DNA of 64,000 bases from Octopus sinensis (GCF_006345805.1 NC_043014.1:1178001-1242000); one strand, 5' to 3'; positions 12,870-26,749 are shown, numbered from the stretch's first letter. Program-made: numbers and translations. Notes: generated from the sequence alone by a model not told the origin.

Positions 12870-12988
12870 TTTTACGGCCATATCACTTTGAAAACACCGG
12901 TTCTTGTCCGATCACTGAAGTTAAGCAAAGTTGAGCCTAGTTAGTACTTAGATGGGTGACCGCTTGGGAAACCTAGGTGCTGTAAACG
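12870..12988 (+). rRNA. 5S: Dispersed 5S rRNA copy, probably a retropseudogene
   Basis: TACGGCCATATCACTTTGAAAACACCGGTTCTTGTCCGATCACTGAAGTTAAGCAAAGTTGAGCCTAGTTAGTACTTAGATGGGTGACCGCTTGGGAAACCTAGGTGCTGTAAAC follows the metazoan 5S pattern over the full length. Helices are self-complementary (TTTAC/GTAAA, CTTTG/CAAAG, CCTAG/CTAGG). It is a single copy, not part of a tandem array. Confidence 0.9.
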
Positions 12989-13544
12989 TCTTTCTCTCTT
13001 TTGAGTGGTTGGCGTTAGGAAGGGTATCCAGCTGTAGAAACACTGCCAGATCAGACTGGAGCCTGGTGCAGCCCCTGGCTTCCCAGATCCCGGTCGAACC
13101 GTCCAACCCGTTCTAGTGCGGAAAACGGACGTTAAACGATGATGATGATGATTCAACAGAAGGTATCCTTCATTCCATCCACAAGATATTTTTAAAGATT
13201 CCATTAAGTTCTTCTTCTCTGTATCCACCACCTGAATCCAATGCCATGTCTTTATTACCATAAATAGTCTCAGACGGATCCGAATATGTCATCTTTGGTC
13301 AACTCCCGCTTCCTTACTGCACTTTCTCAGGACACTCGATGTGGGGTGAGAGGAAGTGGTGAGTAAGTCAGGAGCACCTGGGTAAAGTGGACATGAGGGG
13401 AGAGAGAGAGAGAGAGCTCCAAGGAACTGAGGCCCCTGTTGTAGCAGTAGAAAAGGCAGGGAGAGGACATGCATCTAACCCATACCAACATGGAAATATG
13501 GATGTGAAAACGATCATTGTTTCTTTTGCCCCACCCTACCTCAT

Positions 13545-13870
13545 GTATGTGTGTATGTATGTATGTGTGTGTGTGTATGTATGTATGATTATATGTATGT
13601 ATGTATGTATGTATGCATGTGTGTGTATGTATGTATGTATGTGTGTATGTATGTGTGTATGTATGTATGTGTGTATGTATGCGTGTGTGTATGTATGTAT
13701 GTGTGTGTGTATGTATGTATGTGTGTATGTATGTATGTATGTATGTATGTATGTATGTATGTGTGTGTGTATGTATGTGTGTATGTATGTGTACACGTAT
13801 CTATTTGCATGTCTGTACGCAAGTATGTGTATATGTGTTTGTGTATGTGTGCGTGTATGTATATGTCAGG
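13545..13870. repeat. (TATG/TG)n compound microsatellite
   Basis: Direct reading. Confidence 0.95.
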
Positions 13871-14970
13871 CCATGAGATGAATATATGATCATGTATGTG
13901 TGTGTGTATGCATGTTTCTTGGTCGGGTGGGGGTCAATGGGGGGGGGGCTAGCAGTTAGTTTGTGGAGAAATGGAAGTTACAGGATTAAAATGTTTTTCT
14001 TTTTTGTTTTGTATGTGTTTGTATTTATTATTATTATTATTTTTCAAATTCTATTTCGAGTTTGAAGATTTGGGAATTTGGGAATTTACTCTGTCAGAAT
14101 TTATATTTTCATAGATTCTTGTTATAATTGATAAGTTGAAATTTGATAAGGCATCCTAGCAATAGATAGAGATTCCTTGAGTGCCGAAGGGTGGGGAGTG
14201 AATGTGTGTGTGTGTGTGTTAGGGAGAGGTAAATGTATTCAATGAACAGCCAACACTTCCCCAAGGAGATGTGTGAGTCATGGTTTTTTTTATCCTCTCC
14301 CCTCCCCTCAAAAGCCTTTTATAGGAGGAGCAGACGTGGCTGTGTGGTAAGCAGTTTGTTTCCTAACCACATGGTTCCTGGTTCAATCACATTGTGTGGC
14401 ACCTTGGGCAAATGTCTTCTAAGATGTCAGAGTAGAGGAGGAGGAGGAGGATCTTTGGGAATTGTCTTTGGTAGCAGCAGCAGCAACAGTAGTAGTGTGG
14501 TGGTGGTGGTGGTGGTGGTGGTGGCAGTGGTTGTAGTAATGATGATGATGATGATGATGATGGTATTAATGATAGCTGACATAACAATTTTTAAATATGC
14601 TTCATGCAAGTATGAAGTCTAAGATATTTTAAGGGAGAGAAAATGTGAAGTTGTGGCATGCATTACTTTCTGAAGGTTAGTAAAGGCGTGAAGTGAAATG
14701 GTTCCTACAAAGAATTCAAATTAGTTGAAATTTGTTTCAACTGGAATTTCCCAAAAGTTGTGTTTGTTCAGCCAGATAGAATTAGCAACAAAATTCTGTC
14801 CTCAGAGAATTACTAACCAAATCTTGGCTCGTTAGAATTAGCAACCAAACCCCAACTTATCAGAACCAGAAACAAAATGCCAGTCTATTACAGACACCAA
14901 TTAGTAACCAATTCTCAACCTGTTAGAATTAGCAGCCAAACCCTGCCCTGTGAGAATTAGCTACCATACC

Positions 14971-15198
14971 TTAACCCTTTTGTTACTGCATTTCTGTTGA
15001 GATGCTCTGTGTTTCTTTCAATTAATTTTAAATATATCAAAGAATTTAGTAAATTAACTTCGTTATCATTAAGCTAGTGTTAGGAACATAAATTTTAACT
15101 AAGATTTGGTGGAAGATTTGAATTCAAAACTTATGAAAACAAGACATTTATACTAAAGAGCCACACCGGTTTCAGCCAGTTGGTAAGGAAAGGGTTAA
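14971..15198. mobile_element. piggyBac-like MITE, second family (different body)
   Basis: TTAA-CCCTTTTGTTAC ... GTAAGGAAAGGG-TTAA. Confidence 0.6.
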
Positions 15199-15790
15199 AC
15201 TCCTACAAGTAACAGTTAAATTTCTTCAACCCAGAAAAAATATGGGAAACTTGGGGTTCACTCAGCATGTGTTGCTGTGAAGTTTTGCTTTGGAGACTAT
15301 GTCTGTGGGTAACGGTGTTAGTATTAGTAGTATAAATAGTTGCTGTTGTATTAGTATTCACTGTCTTTACTAACAATTACATCCTGTCATCATATTGTAG
15401 TGAAATGCATGTTGAGTATTGGTGAGAATGAACTCATCCTACATTTCTGAAAGATTACAGTTCCATCTAATCCTGTTTGTTTCTCTTCTTATCCATGGAT
15501 GATATTGACTCATCCATGGATCCTATTGACTGATCCATGGAATAAAACCAGAATAACTGTACTAGGCTGGTCTCTTACCTTATCATCATTGATATGAACT
15601 GATCCAAGGATCAGCTTAACTGATCCATTGATAACATCTCATCTTCCGACCTGATCATCTTCTCTTAATTTCCCCATTCTGATTGTTTGTAAACGTTGCT
15701 ATTTTATTGCCAAATTTCAATTGTGGTCTGATCCAGGTAATGTCATCTGACACAGAGACTTAGTTGGTTGCTGACCTGTGTGTGTTTGCA

Positions 15791-15840
<50 letters not shown>

Positions 15841-16799
15841 ATATATAATATATATATATATAATGATGAATGTTGGAGGTAGATATTTAGTGTTCAGTTT
15901 AGACTCCTCGGAATATGAAGCAGCAAGTGCTAAAAGTATTATTATTATTATTATTATTATTGTTATTATTTTTATGTTGTTATTATTACAATGTATGAGC
16001 TATTTCATTGGTATTTTGCTTTTTAGTTATTGAATAGTATTGGTAGTAGCAGTAGTTGTAGTAATAGTAGTAGTAGTAATAATAATGATAATAATAATAA
16101 TAATAATAATAGTAATAGTAGTAGTAGTTGTAGTTTTACTAGTTGTCACAAATGTATCCGGAATAAGAACAATAATAACCAACATTACATTATAACTTTT
16201 ACAAATGCATGACCTTAATAAATGCGTTGTACACATGTATGTTTGTGTTCATATTTATATATATTTGTATATATATATATATATATTATATATATATATA
16301 TATATACAAATAAATATATTACATACATATATATATATATATATATATGAACTAGAAAGACAGATAAATGCAAGTGGGTTTGATGAGTGTATTTACATTC
16401 AGTACAAAATAGAGATTATGGAACTGAGAATCCAAAAATCAGTTATGCAATGGTCTTATCTTGACATCTGTTTCAAACACACGATAGCTTATATCATAAT
16501 TATGTTCTTTACATAACAAAGACCCATAATCTCATAACTGTATGGAAGAACCCAAGTCACTATGGATCCATTAGACTAGGCCAGGCCACCATCGTCAGAA
16601 GAATGCGGCAAAAGGAATATTTCATAGTGTTTATAAATATATAGGTTTACAGGGATTAGGGTGGGGGAGAGAGGAATTGGAAGAAAAGAGTAAGAGAAGG
16701 AGGAGTGTAAGAAAATTATAGTTGTAAGAGGCAAGAATTAAAAGTAAAAACCAAAAATGGGAGGCTATTCATAATGGTAGAATTATAAGGATTTAAGGT

Positions 16800-17170
16800 A
16801 ATGAGAAAAGGTTTTGTAGTAGAGAGACCTTGCTGTGATGTAATATAATGAATGATTCATGCCAATATAATTGACAAGGTCATTGATTTCCTGTGTAGGG
16901 AGTGTCATCACAGAACAGGTTGAAGAGTATACCCTCAATCTTGATGTAATGTATATGGGTGGCAAAGGAGGTTGAATGTTTCATGGCACTATTAGAGAAA
17001 GAGCTTAGATGTACAAAATAACATTGCTTAACATCAGTCATACCACCAATGTAAGCCCTGGTGAAGAAAACATGCAACTACTGAGTATAAGGTAATTGCC
17101 CTATGACTGGCAATTGCTTGCACTATAATGTTGTGCATAAATGTAGTTACCATCTCACAGATCCACTTTG
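16800..17170 (-). mobile_element. Penelope-like GIY-YIG endonuclease remnant with an inverted 5' piece
   Basis: Minus strand: YIGGMTDVKQCYFVHLSSFSNSAMKHSTSFATHIHYIK...PYTGNQ*PCQLY. Plus strand ~17091-17170: NCPMTGNCLHYNVVHKC. Confidence 0.6.
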
Positions 17171-17959
17171 CATACAACTATATATGTACATGTGTGTGTG
17201 TGTCTTAAGATATAATGTGTTTATATATATATATTTGTGTGTGTGTATCGAGTAATTTAAAAAATATTCATCATCATCATTTTATGACTGCTTCCCATGT
17301 TTACAAGGTTTTGGATGGGTCTTGATAGCCTGATTCCATTGGAGTTACTGCCCTTGAGAGAGAGAGAGAGGACATGATGGATGAATACTTATGTAGACGG
17401 TTGGTGATGAGAAAGTGACAGATGCCAATAAGGAGTGGCATGGAATAGAAGGTGTGATGGTTGGCATGGAGACCAGAAAAGTAAACTGAGGTAGGGGATA
17501 CCAACTGGAGACTCTTTTGATGTGGACCCTCTTTACTCAGACATTGTGATGAGAGAGAGGGGATTAGTGAAATATGGATGTTGGTAGGAAGAGATTGGGT
17601 ATGGACAATCCAGTATTATGGTTGAATAGGAGAAGGGTGTGTGATAGGGAGATGAAGAGGTATTGATAAGGTAGGAAGGGTTAGAGGTGGAGACTTAATA
17701 ATTACAAGGTGATATATGACCCACCATGTTAACATTACCAGCTGGAGCAATGGTGAGATAAATTCCATCCAGGAAAGCCTGGGTACCTGAACCTCACAGG
17801 TTTTTGTGCGGTTTTTACTCTCTTAACTGATCAAAAATACTACACTTTGTTGAACTTCATACCATGTCTATATCTACCTGTCTATCTATCTACCTACCTA
17901 TCTATCTACCTGCCTATCTATCTACCTGTCTATCTACCTGCCTATCTATCTATCTGTTT

Positions 17960-18260
17960 ATCTATATATAGATAGACATAGGTATCTCAGTCTCCAACTC
18001 ATGCCTTCATCATTTTCACATCCATTTCACCTTTCTTACACTAACGATCAGGTCTTCTGCATCATCATGTTGTCTTGTAAATCCTCCCTCATCAGGTGCA
18101 ACAGCTTCCAATCAGTGTCCCATATCTTCCTCTTCCAGAGGTATCTTCCACATCAATAATTCAGTACTTCTTTCTACAGTTGTCCTCATCCAATCTGCAT
18201 CACATTCTTCTACCAACATAGACTTCCGTCTTGCACACTGCATCTGATTCAACTTCAGAT
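17960..18260 (-). mobile_element. RTE-type LINE 3' fragment (decayed)
   Basis: Reverse strand DEDNCRKKY*IIDVEDTSGRGR resembles the RTE post-RT motif (..V.G...RGRP). Confidence 0.45.
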
Positions 18261-21200
18261 GTTTGGAGACAGACTTACTGGAACAAATGAGGATGTGGAC
18301 AATTCCTACAAAACTTTATGTGGAGCTGAGCCAAACTGTTATTGTGTGTGTGTGTTAGTAGTAATACTTGGTAATAACCCTGTATTTTTAACTTTTAATT
18401 TGCTTTGTTTTGACATTAAAAAAAAATTATATAAAGCATATATATATATGGGTAACATCGGTGGCACGGAGAGGGGAGGCTGGCACGCATGGGCGACTGC
18501 TGGTCCTCCATAAACAATCTTGCCTGGACTTATGCCTTGGAGGGGAACTCCCTAGGTGCAATCCCATGACCATTCATGAATGACAGGGGGGGTCTTTACC
18601 CTTGCTCTTTACACACACACACACACACGTGTATGCATATAAGACCCTTGCAAATGACTAAGAGTGTACATACATCCAGGTCATGCAGAAAGCAAGCAGA
18701 TGGTGTTTAAAATTGATTCCAACACCCAAACTTGTCTTTCTATTTTCTTTGAAGATAATTTAGCTTCTGCTATGGAGAATATGTTAGAAACATTATATTA
18801 ATTATATGTTAATAGTATCATTAGCAATAATATGTTAATTAGAAATAATAAGCTAAAATAGTTTGGAGGAAATATTAAACCAAAGAATATTTAACGTTTC
18901 TACATCAAAATAGTTAAATGATAAAACTGTATATTTTAAACAAGGTTTGCAGAGGTGCTTCATGTTCCTTGGAGTTCGTTAGCTTCTCACCTTTGCTTCT
19001 GAACATTGGTATTTAGTGTGTAGTCGTACGTAGTTATGTAGTAGTCAGTAGTTTGGCTGAGAACGTGCATATGTGCGTGTATGTGCATATATGTATGTAT
19101 TAGTTGTTGCTACCTGTGCAGCTACATGCAGTGCTATATATATATAGATGTATGTATGTGTGTATGTATGTATAATGCGTATATGTGTTTAGATGTAGCC
19201 TAAAGATTAGTCTCACACAAGTGGTTTCTGCTCTTAAGCCCAATAATATATTTGTAACTGTTTGACATGTTGAACTTATCTCTAACTCACATCTTTTATG
19301 GATTTTGGAACAGAGGAGGTGGGCAAGGGTGGTAAAGGAAATATGTTATATAAATGTGTGTGTGTGTAGATATATTTGTATGTATATATATATGTATGTG
19401 TATGTATATATATATGTATATATATATATGTATATATGTATATATATGTATATATATATATGTATATGTGTGTGTGTATATATGTATATATATGTGTATG
19501 TGTGTATATATATCTATATATATAAAAGAGAGATAGAGAGAGAGAGAGAGAGTTGTATGTATTTAAAAGGCGTTATCTTCCTTATGTTGAAAAGGTGTAC
19601 ATACATATATTTGCTGTGTGTAAATATATATATTTGTTGATAACTTTCAATAAACTGTGAAATGATATATACATACACCACACATATATATATGTATGTA
19701 TCTCTGTATATGCATGCATATCTTTAGGTATCTATAGATCTATAAATAACATTATTAACAATAACAATATATATTATATACATATAACATATTTAAAATT
19801 GTATATATATACACATGCATTTATGCACATACATGTTTCGGTGCAGACATGGCTGTGGTTAAGAAGTTTGTTCTCCAGTCATGTGGCTTCATTTTCAGTC
19901 CCCATGCATGGCTACATGGGCTCAGCCTTGGGCCAACCAAATCCTTATGAGTAGATTTGGTCGATGGAAACTGGAAAAAAAGAAAGGAAAAAAAAACTAG
20001 AGTGTGTGTGTGTGTGTGTGAATGTACTTGTATTGACGTCCCATGTAGTTGTAAATCAGTGTCTGCCATGCAAACAATGTCCTTCATTTGCAGTCTGCCA
20101 TGAAAACATGTCTGGCCACGGGGAAACATTACCTTGCTTAGAAACAGAGAAGGGTTGGTGACCAGCTCAGCATCTGACTCAGAATATCTGCCTCAACAGA
20201 TAAACACCCCCACCACCAAAAAAAAAAAACTGTTGACTTATGTGATTGTTTGATATGCTAGAAATAACAGCCAATATCCCACAAAAACACACTCTGCTGT
20301 CTTAAAAAGAGTAGAGCACATGTGATAATGTTCTAGATATACATGAAAGACAGGATGGTCATTGTTGGAATGCCTCTTTATCATAGGTCTTTTCAGAGCA
20401 AACTTGGGGCTAAACAACAATGATAACAAAAAGAAAGTTCCTTTCTGGTGATTCTTTTTAGCCATCTTCATCAAAAGCGCACCTTAGAATTCCCTCTCCC
20501 ACTGCTACCCGAAGGTGTGCACACACTGGGGTGTTATTTGGTGCACCCCCCCCCCAACAAGTCTAGGGGACTGAGTGTTAATGTATGTATGTGTATTGTT
20601 TTGCTCCAGGGCCTATAATACTGGGGAAAGAGCCCAGCCCCTACGCCTGAAATTTCAGTAAACCCCTTTAGACCATTGGACCCCCTCCTCCAGTTCCACC
20701 AGAGAAACAAAGAAAACAAAAAAAATGTAATCATTACGAAAAATACAGAAAAACACAAAAATAATTTTTTTTATATTTTGGTTTCTTTATTCTTGATTTT
20801 TGTTTCTGAATATTTGAAAAGATTTTGGTTAAAGAATATTTCAACATGGCACCAGTCTGATAGAGACTTTTCCTCATGTTCATCTTGCATTCTTACAACT
20901 TCAACACATGGCTTTGTGTGTGTGTGTGTGTGTGTACATGTGCGCGTGTGTGTGTGTGCATGATCAGATTCCAAAGAGACTGGTGTTGGTCTATATCTGC
21001 AAGAATATATTAATTTATGAAACTGATGCAAAGAGTTCAACGAATTTGCAGTGAGGATTGGCAAACCTAACGTTTGGACAAAAGTCCTTCTTCAAAGAAA
21101 AGTTGAAAGAAGAGAAATTGATGAGACACAACAGAGTTTTACATCTTCAAAGTTAGAAAAAAAAATGGTTGCAACTTTGAAAATATAAAACTCTTTGTAA

Positions 21201-23299
21201 AATTATTTTCACTTTTTTCAACTTTTGCCCTGAAAAAGCCCTCAGTCTGACATGATGGACTTTCCATTCCCCATGGCAGATTCACTCAAGTTTTTTGATA
21301 GAGTTTACTATATACATACATATGTGTATATATGTGTGTTTGTGTGTGAGAGTTCCATTATTGCTTTTCCTGTAAAAAGTGCTCAATGCATCTCTGTGTT
21401 AGAGCTATATAATTGTTAGTTGTTGGTGAACAGGATTGTTTCATTGGGGCTAAAGGTTTCGACTGATTCACTTCAGCAGCACTCATCAGAGGGAGTTTAA
21501 CCAAATGGATGAAATAATTCCGTTCACCAATGTGTGTGTGTGTGTGTGTGTTATACATACATATATATGTATATCAGTGAGCAGGCCAGGTGGAAATTTA
21601 TGCTTAGCTGACGTGTCATAGTTTTAAGTGATGCTGCTTTTGGCAAATAATTTTATTGTAGTTTCCCAGTCCTGCTTTCTTCATGTATATTTCTTTCTGC
21701 CAATGAGTAGGTGTGTGTATGTGTATAGTCATGTAGCTTATATGTATATATATATTTCGTGTAGTTTATACATGCATATATACATTCATATCTACATACA
21801 TATGTTTTGTGTAAGCTTCTACTTACATACATTCATGTCCATCCATCCATTTATACATATCTGTGTCTGTCTGTCCGTCTCTCTAGTCAGACCTACCCAC
21901 CCACCCACCTGCCTATGATTACAAATAATAGAACTTCCAGTGGAGGGTGTAGAATTTCTCTTCTTGATTCTCTGTGTTGTTACTCAGAGTTTCATCCGAT
22001 GAGTCAGGCAACAGAGAGGAAGGACTGAACGTGTGCCTGCACTCTATCAGTTAGGCCGACTCTCATTGGTTGAAGTGGTTAGTCACATGACCAAACATGT
22101 TACCTCTCAAATATAAAACATACAAAACAGACACAAAAAAATAACTGGTACAGGGTGGTACAATTCATTTCACTAAAAGGTGTTCAAGGTGATGCCCCAG
22201 CATGGCCACAATGACTGAAACAAGTGAAAAATAAATGGTGAAAAGTAGAACCATTTTGATTGGAAGTTTGTGGAATTCATGACAAAATAATTCTTTGAGG
22301 AATGAGAATGTTTTTCACTTTGTCTTTACAAAGTGAGAGATTGGGCCTCCTGGATGTATAAGTGTATAGATGCATCAGTCTATATACAAATGTATGTACA
22401 AATCAATGTATATATAAATATACCATATTCACTCATGTGTTATACATGATTTTGATTAGCATGCAACTTATACAGGGGGTAAAGTTTGTGTGTGTATATA
22501 TATACACACACGCACACTGACACACATGCTTGTGACTTATACACAAGTAAATATGATATGTGTGCATAAATCTATGTATATATCTATGTGTATATAAATG
22601 TATGTACAAATGTATGTTTGTATAAATCTGTATTTATATATAAGTGTATGCATAAATGTCTCAATCTCTAAACCAATGAATGTGTATGTGTATACATATG
22701 TATGTGTATATATATATATATGTATATATATATATGTATGTATTAGCAAGTGTGCCCTTTCTCATGCATGTTTCTCCCCACCCCCGAGACATGCTTCATG
22801 TTAATCGACAATTCTTCAAATACTTAATAATAATATTTAATTGAATATGTATCTTAAACGAACACGTTAATGGTTGAACATTACCATGTTTTAATTATCT
22901 TATTACTTGTTTCAATTAATTAATATATCAGAAACAATCTGTTAATCATTCTTCTTTTTCTTTTTCTTAGTATTATTATTGTTGTTGTTGTTGTTACCAT
23001 TGATGTTCATGTTATTGTTGTTTTCTCCTTTTTCAGAAAAATTTATTTTTTTGTTTTTGTTTTAAGGGTTTTTACCATTTGTGCTTTTCTTGTCACTTGG
23101 CAGAATCGGTGGAGCACCAGATAAAAATTCCTCGCAGTATTACTTCCAGCCTTTCAAATCTCCTCACTGAGGTTAACTTTGCCCTTCATCCATTTGGGGG
23201 TCAGTAGGATAAAGCACCAGTCAAGTATCCCCCAAATCTGCTGGCCTTAGAAGGGACCATCATTATTATTATTATTATTATTATTATTGTTATTATTAA

Positions 23300-23518
23300 G
23301 GTGGCAAGCTGGCAGAGTGGTTAGCACGCCAGGCAAAATGCTTTGTGATATTTCGTCTGTCTTTGTGTTCTGAGTTCAAATTTCATTGAGGTTGACTTTG
23401 CCTTTCATTCTTTCAGGCTCAATAAAATAAGGACCAATCAAGAATTGAGGTCGGTGCAATCGACTTACCCCCCCCCCCTTCCATGAACTTGCTGGCATTG
23501 TGCCAAAATTTGAAACCA
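23300..23518 (+). mobile_element. SINE family A
   Basis: GTGGCAAGCTGGCAGAG head and core; a second partial copy at ~23098-23250. Confidence 0.75.
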
Positions 23519-23525
23519 TCTTTAT

Positions 23526-23670
23526 TATAAGGTCGTCCCAAAAGTTCGTAGAAAGTCTTGGAAAATAATTGTCTTTATTTTGAGGAATAATTTTTGTTGT
23601 TTTTGTTAGTACTTGGCGAGTAAAAATTCAATTTTCGCAAGTGTTTATGAACTTTTGGGACAACCTAATA
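23526..23670. mobile_element. Tc1/mariner-type MITE
   Basis: Inverted ends AGGTCGTCCCAAAAGTTC / GAACTTTTGGGACAACCT with TA flanks. Confidence 0.75.
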
Positions 23671-24004
23671 TTATAATAATAATTATTATGATCTAAAAAT
23701 ACTAAATTCTCTCATTTTCTTTCTTTTTTTTTTTTTTAAATATAACGAAAATCTTACCCCACCATTTCGAACATCAAAATTGCCCTTTCATCACTTTTTT
23801 GGGGTATTGATTTATTTGAAATTAATATTTAGTATTCGCTGCAGTTAATTGATTGATTAACAATTGACTTTAATTTAATCAAAACAGAGTTTTACATGTT
23901 TGTCCGGTCACTAAACTGACCGATCTATGTTTTACCCTCAGCTGATCACTAAACACAAATGTTGGATGTCAACCTGGACTCTTCAGTATTGGAAGTAGTT
24001 TTCA

Positions 24005-24478
24005 GTGTGTGTGTGCATGTGTGTGTGTGTGTGGTGTGTGTGTGTGCGTGTGTGTGTATGTATGTGTGTGTGTGTGTGCATGTGTGTGTGTGTGCATGTG
24101 TGTATGTGTGTGCGTGTGTGTGTGTGTGTGTGCATGTGTGTGTGTGTGTGCATGTGTGTGTGTGTGCTGTGTGTGTGTGTGTGCATGTGTGTGTATGTGT
24201 ACTTGTGTGTGTGCATGTGTGTGTGTGTGCGTGTGCATGTGTGTGCGTGCATGTGCGTGTGCATGTGTGTGTGGCATGTGTGTGTGTGCGTGTGTGTGTG
24301 CGTGTGTGTGTGTGTGTGTGTGCATGTGTGTGTGTGTGTGCATGTGTGTGTGTATGTGTGCATGTGTATGTGTGTGCATGTGTGTGCGTGTGCATGTGTG
24401 TGTGTGCATGTGTGTGTGTGTTTGCATGTGTGTGTGTGTGTGTGCATGTGTGCCTCTGTGTGTGTGTGTGTGTGTGTA
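24005..24478. repeat. (TG)n/(TGCA) compound microsatellite
   Basis: Direct reading. Confidence 0.95.
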
Positions 24479-25450
24479 TTTGATGTATCTAATTTACAAT
24501 GTTGTCCCACATCCAGCTCTGTCCTTCACATTCTCTGCTCCTACATTTAATTACAGCTGTGATCTAATTAGCAATGTCTGTTCAATTTTGTCTCTCTGTC
24601 CAGCAGCAATAGAACAAGCTATGGTTTGTCCCATGTATTTATCAATGTTTCATTCCAACAGCAGCAACAGTAACCGTTCCTTCCAAAAACAATATTGACA
24701 AGTTGATTATAAAAGTCCTGCAACTTTTCAAACGTTCTGTTATTTTCAAAGAGAATAGAATTGTTACATAACATTGGATAAAGCAGAAGAGTCCATGTGG
24801 AATATTTAGGGGCCATTGTGGACGTGATTGATGAGACTGAATGATGGAACGGTTCATTTGATTGTATTTTGGTTGTTGTCCTCTTCCCATTTAAAAATCT
24901 TTCCAACTTCTCTGTTTGTGGAAATATTGTCTCTCTGATGACTTCGTGTTGTTTATAGATGACACTTGAAGGTTAAAGGGTGAATGAGGTGCATATTGTT
25001 TATTTAAAGCAGTTTGTTGTTGTGAAAAGAAGAAAACCTGTTGGCTGAATGCAGTGAACCAGAAAGGGTGAATTACACAAAACCTGTCTGATTATGTAAC
25101 TCGGTTTCCCTTGCATATTTATATGTCAGATCAGATCAAAAACAATCTGCTATTGATAAACATATAAACCAATTCTATTTGGCTGTCGGTGACTAAACTA
25201 GTAACCTCATGGCGGGTGAAGGGGTGGACGCATTGATAAGACACAAAAGCAATAAATAACCTGGGGGAAGAAAATAACAAGGCATCAATGACAACCATTT
25301 ATCAGACTTACAAATGGATTGAGGCCATCACCAAGGGCTCCTCTGACAACCCCTACATTTAATTGTCTCTGCCAGACATACCGGACTTACCTTTCCTTTT
25401 ATCTAGAAAAATCCAGGTGAGAAAAACCACTTTATGCCACCCAAAGTGGT

Positions 25451-25684
25451 TTAACCATTTAGCGTCCAGATTATTCTGTCAAATCTAATCCTTATTTGTT
25501 CACATTGTTTAGAATTAATCCTGGATTATCTCATAACTATGGGTTTTTTCGATGCTGTGACTGTTTGTTTCTAGACTGGCATTATAGGGTAGGTGTGAGA
25601 GGCCAGCTCTGGTTGGTTGGAACATAAAACAGGGACAATATTTGGGCCAAAAACGGGTTTTGGTTTTAAATGCTAAAGGTTTAA
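25451..25684. mobile_element. piggyBac-like MITE
   Basis: TTAA-CCATTTAGCG ... TGCTAAAGGT-TTAA, same body. Confidence 0.7.
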
Positions 25685-26703
25685 GCTGGTTCTGTCCAAT
25701 GGCATTGCCCGAACCAACATGCTCTGTTGACCATTCTTTTTGGATGGTAGGAACCTTTACATGAAATACGTTGGACTTTATAACCAATCTGTCTAAACAC
25801 AAATATTAATTAAGTTGATAAATTAATTTATTGGGAATTTCCAAGAAAATCGTAATAAGTGGAATACCATTTTACTTTCAAAATGGTTTTATGTTTCATC
25901 AATAAATTTTTATTGAGATGACTGTCTCCATTTTGAATTATATATATTTAGCCTTTTCTTGCATATTTTAAATTATATTTTAAATGATATTTATGTATTT
26001 TATGTTATATATGGCTTTTTCTTGCCTATTTCTTGAAATTGTTTTTGTAATTTTCTATTTATGTTATGCAAAAAATATTTCAAAAATATTTATAACAGTG
26101 CAGGGAGAATTTTAAGAAAAAAATTATTAGAATATATATTTGTGTTTTGTATAACAAATATGGATCTATGATTTATCTTCACTGTCTGTCTGTGTATTTT
26201 CTGTCACAGTCCATCATATCCTATCTATTTAAAGTGTCAAGGTGTAATTTGAGGAGAGATTTGACTGCTATTTCCAGCAAGTCAAATGGCTCTATAGTGT
26301 CTTCATTATTTAATTGACATCCTTCTGTACGACCAACAGAAACCACTAGAACCCCCACCCCCACCACCACACCCACCACTCGCAGATATCCCCTCTCTGT
26401 TGATCTGGTGAGTTCCATTATATTTCTTAATTAATAATTAGTGTTAATCAATAGATAAATTGGCAAGGCACCATGGCAAGAACTGACAGCAATCTTGTAC
26501 TCTGGGATTCTCTCAGTACATAGTGTTGATTGCAGTGCCCTCTATGAAGGTTTTCTCAAGTACTCTGACCCAAGGTGACCCCCTACAATTGGTGTAATAT
26601 TGTCTGACTGTCAAACATTACACCATCCTGTCCATGGTGAACATAGATGTAAAGTGGGGGGGGGGGTGTATGTTATCATATGTATGCTTGTGTGTGTGTT
26701 TAA

Positions 26704-26749
<46 letters not shown>

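Noticed and set aside
13387-13889. Long ORFs of YVCM/HTYI type (also at 23949-24698, 56043-56777, 60196-60979, 63131-63906)
   Set aside because: They are translations of (TATG)n and (TG)n microsatellites, which lack stops in several frames; no protein signal
15724-15737. WSDPG-like motif as the missing ZDHHC TM2 exon
   Set aside because: The upstream frame (VCKRCYFIAKFQL) does not resemble the hydrophobic ..SH.RAVFSDPG segment
21457-21489. CTGATGA...CGAAA hammerhead-like core on the minus strand
   Set aside because: Stem II is weak and I could not build stems I and III with a cleavage triplet
24619-24906. 95-aa minus-strand ORF and a plus-strand frame NKLWFVPC...
   Set aside because: No recognisable domain or linked exons; may be decayed retroelement sequence
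25391-25402. Possible 12-nt minus-strand microexon (tttttctag|ATAAAAGGAAAG|gtaagt)
   Set aside because: No host gene identified on that strand; such a match is expected by chance in 64 kb
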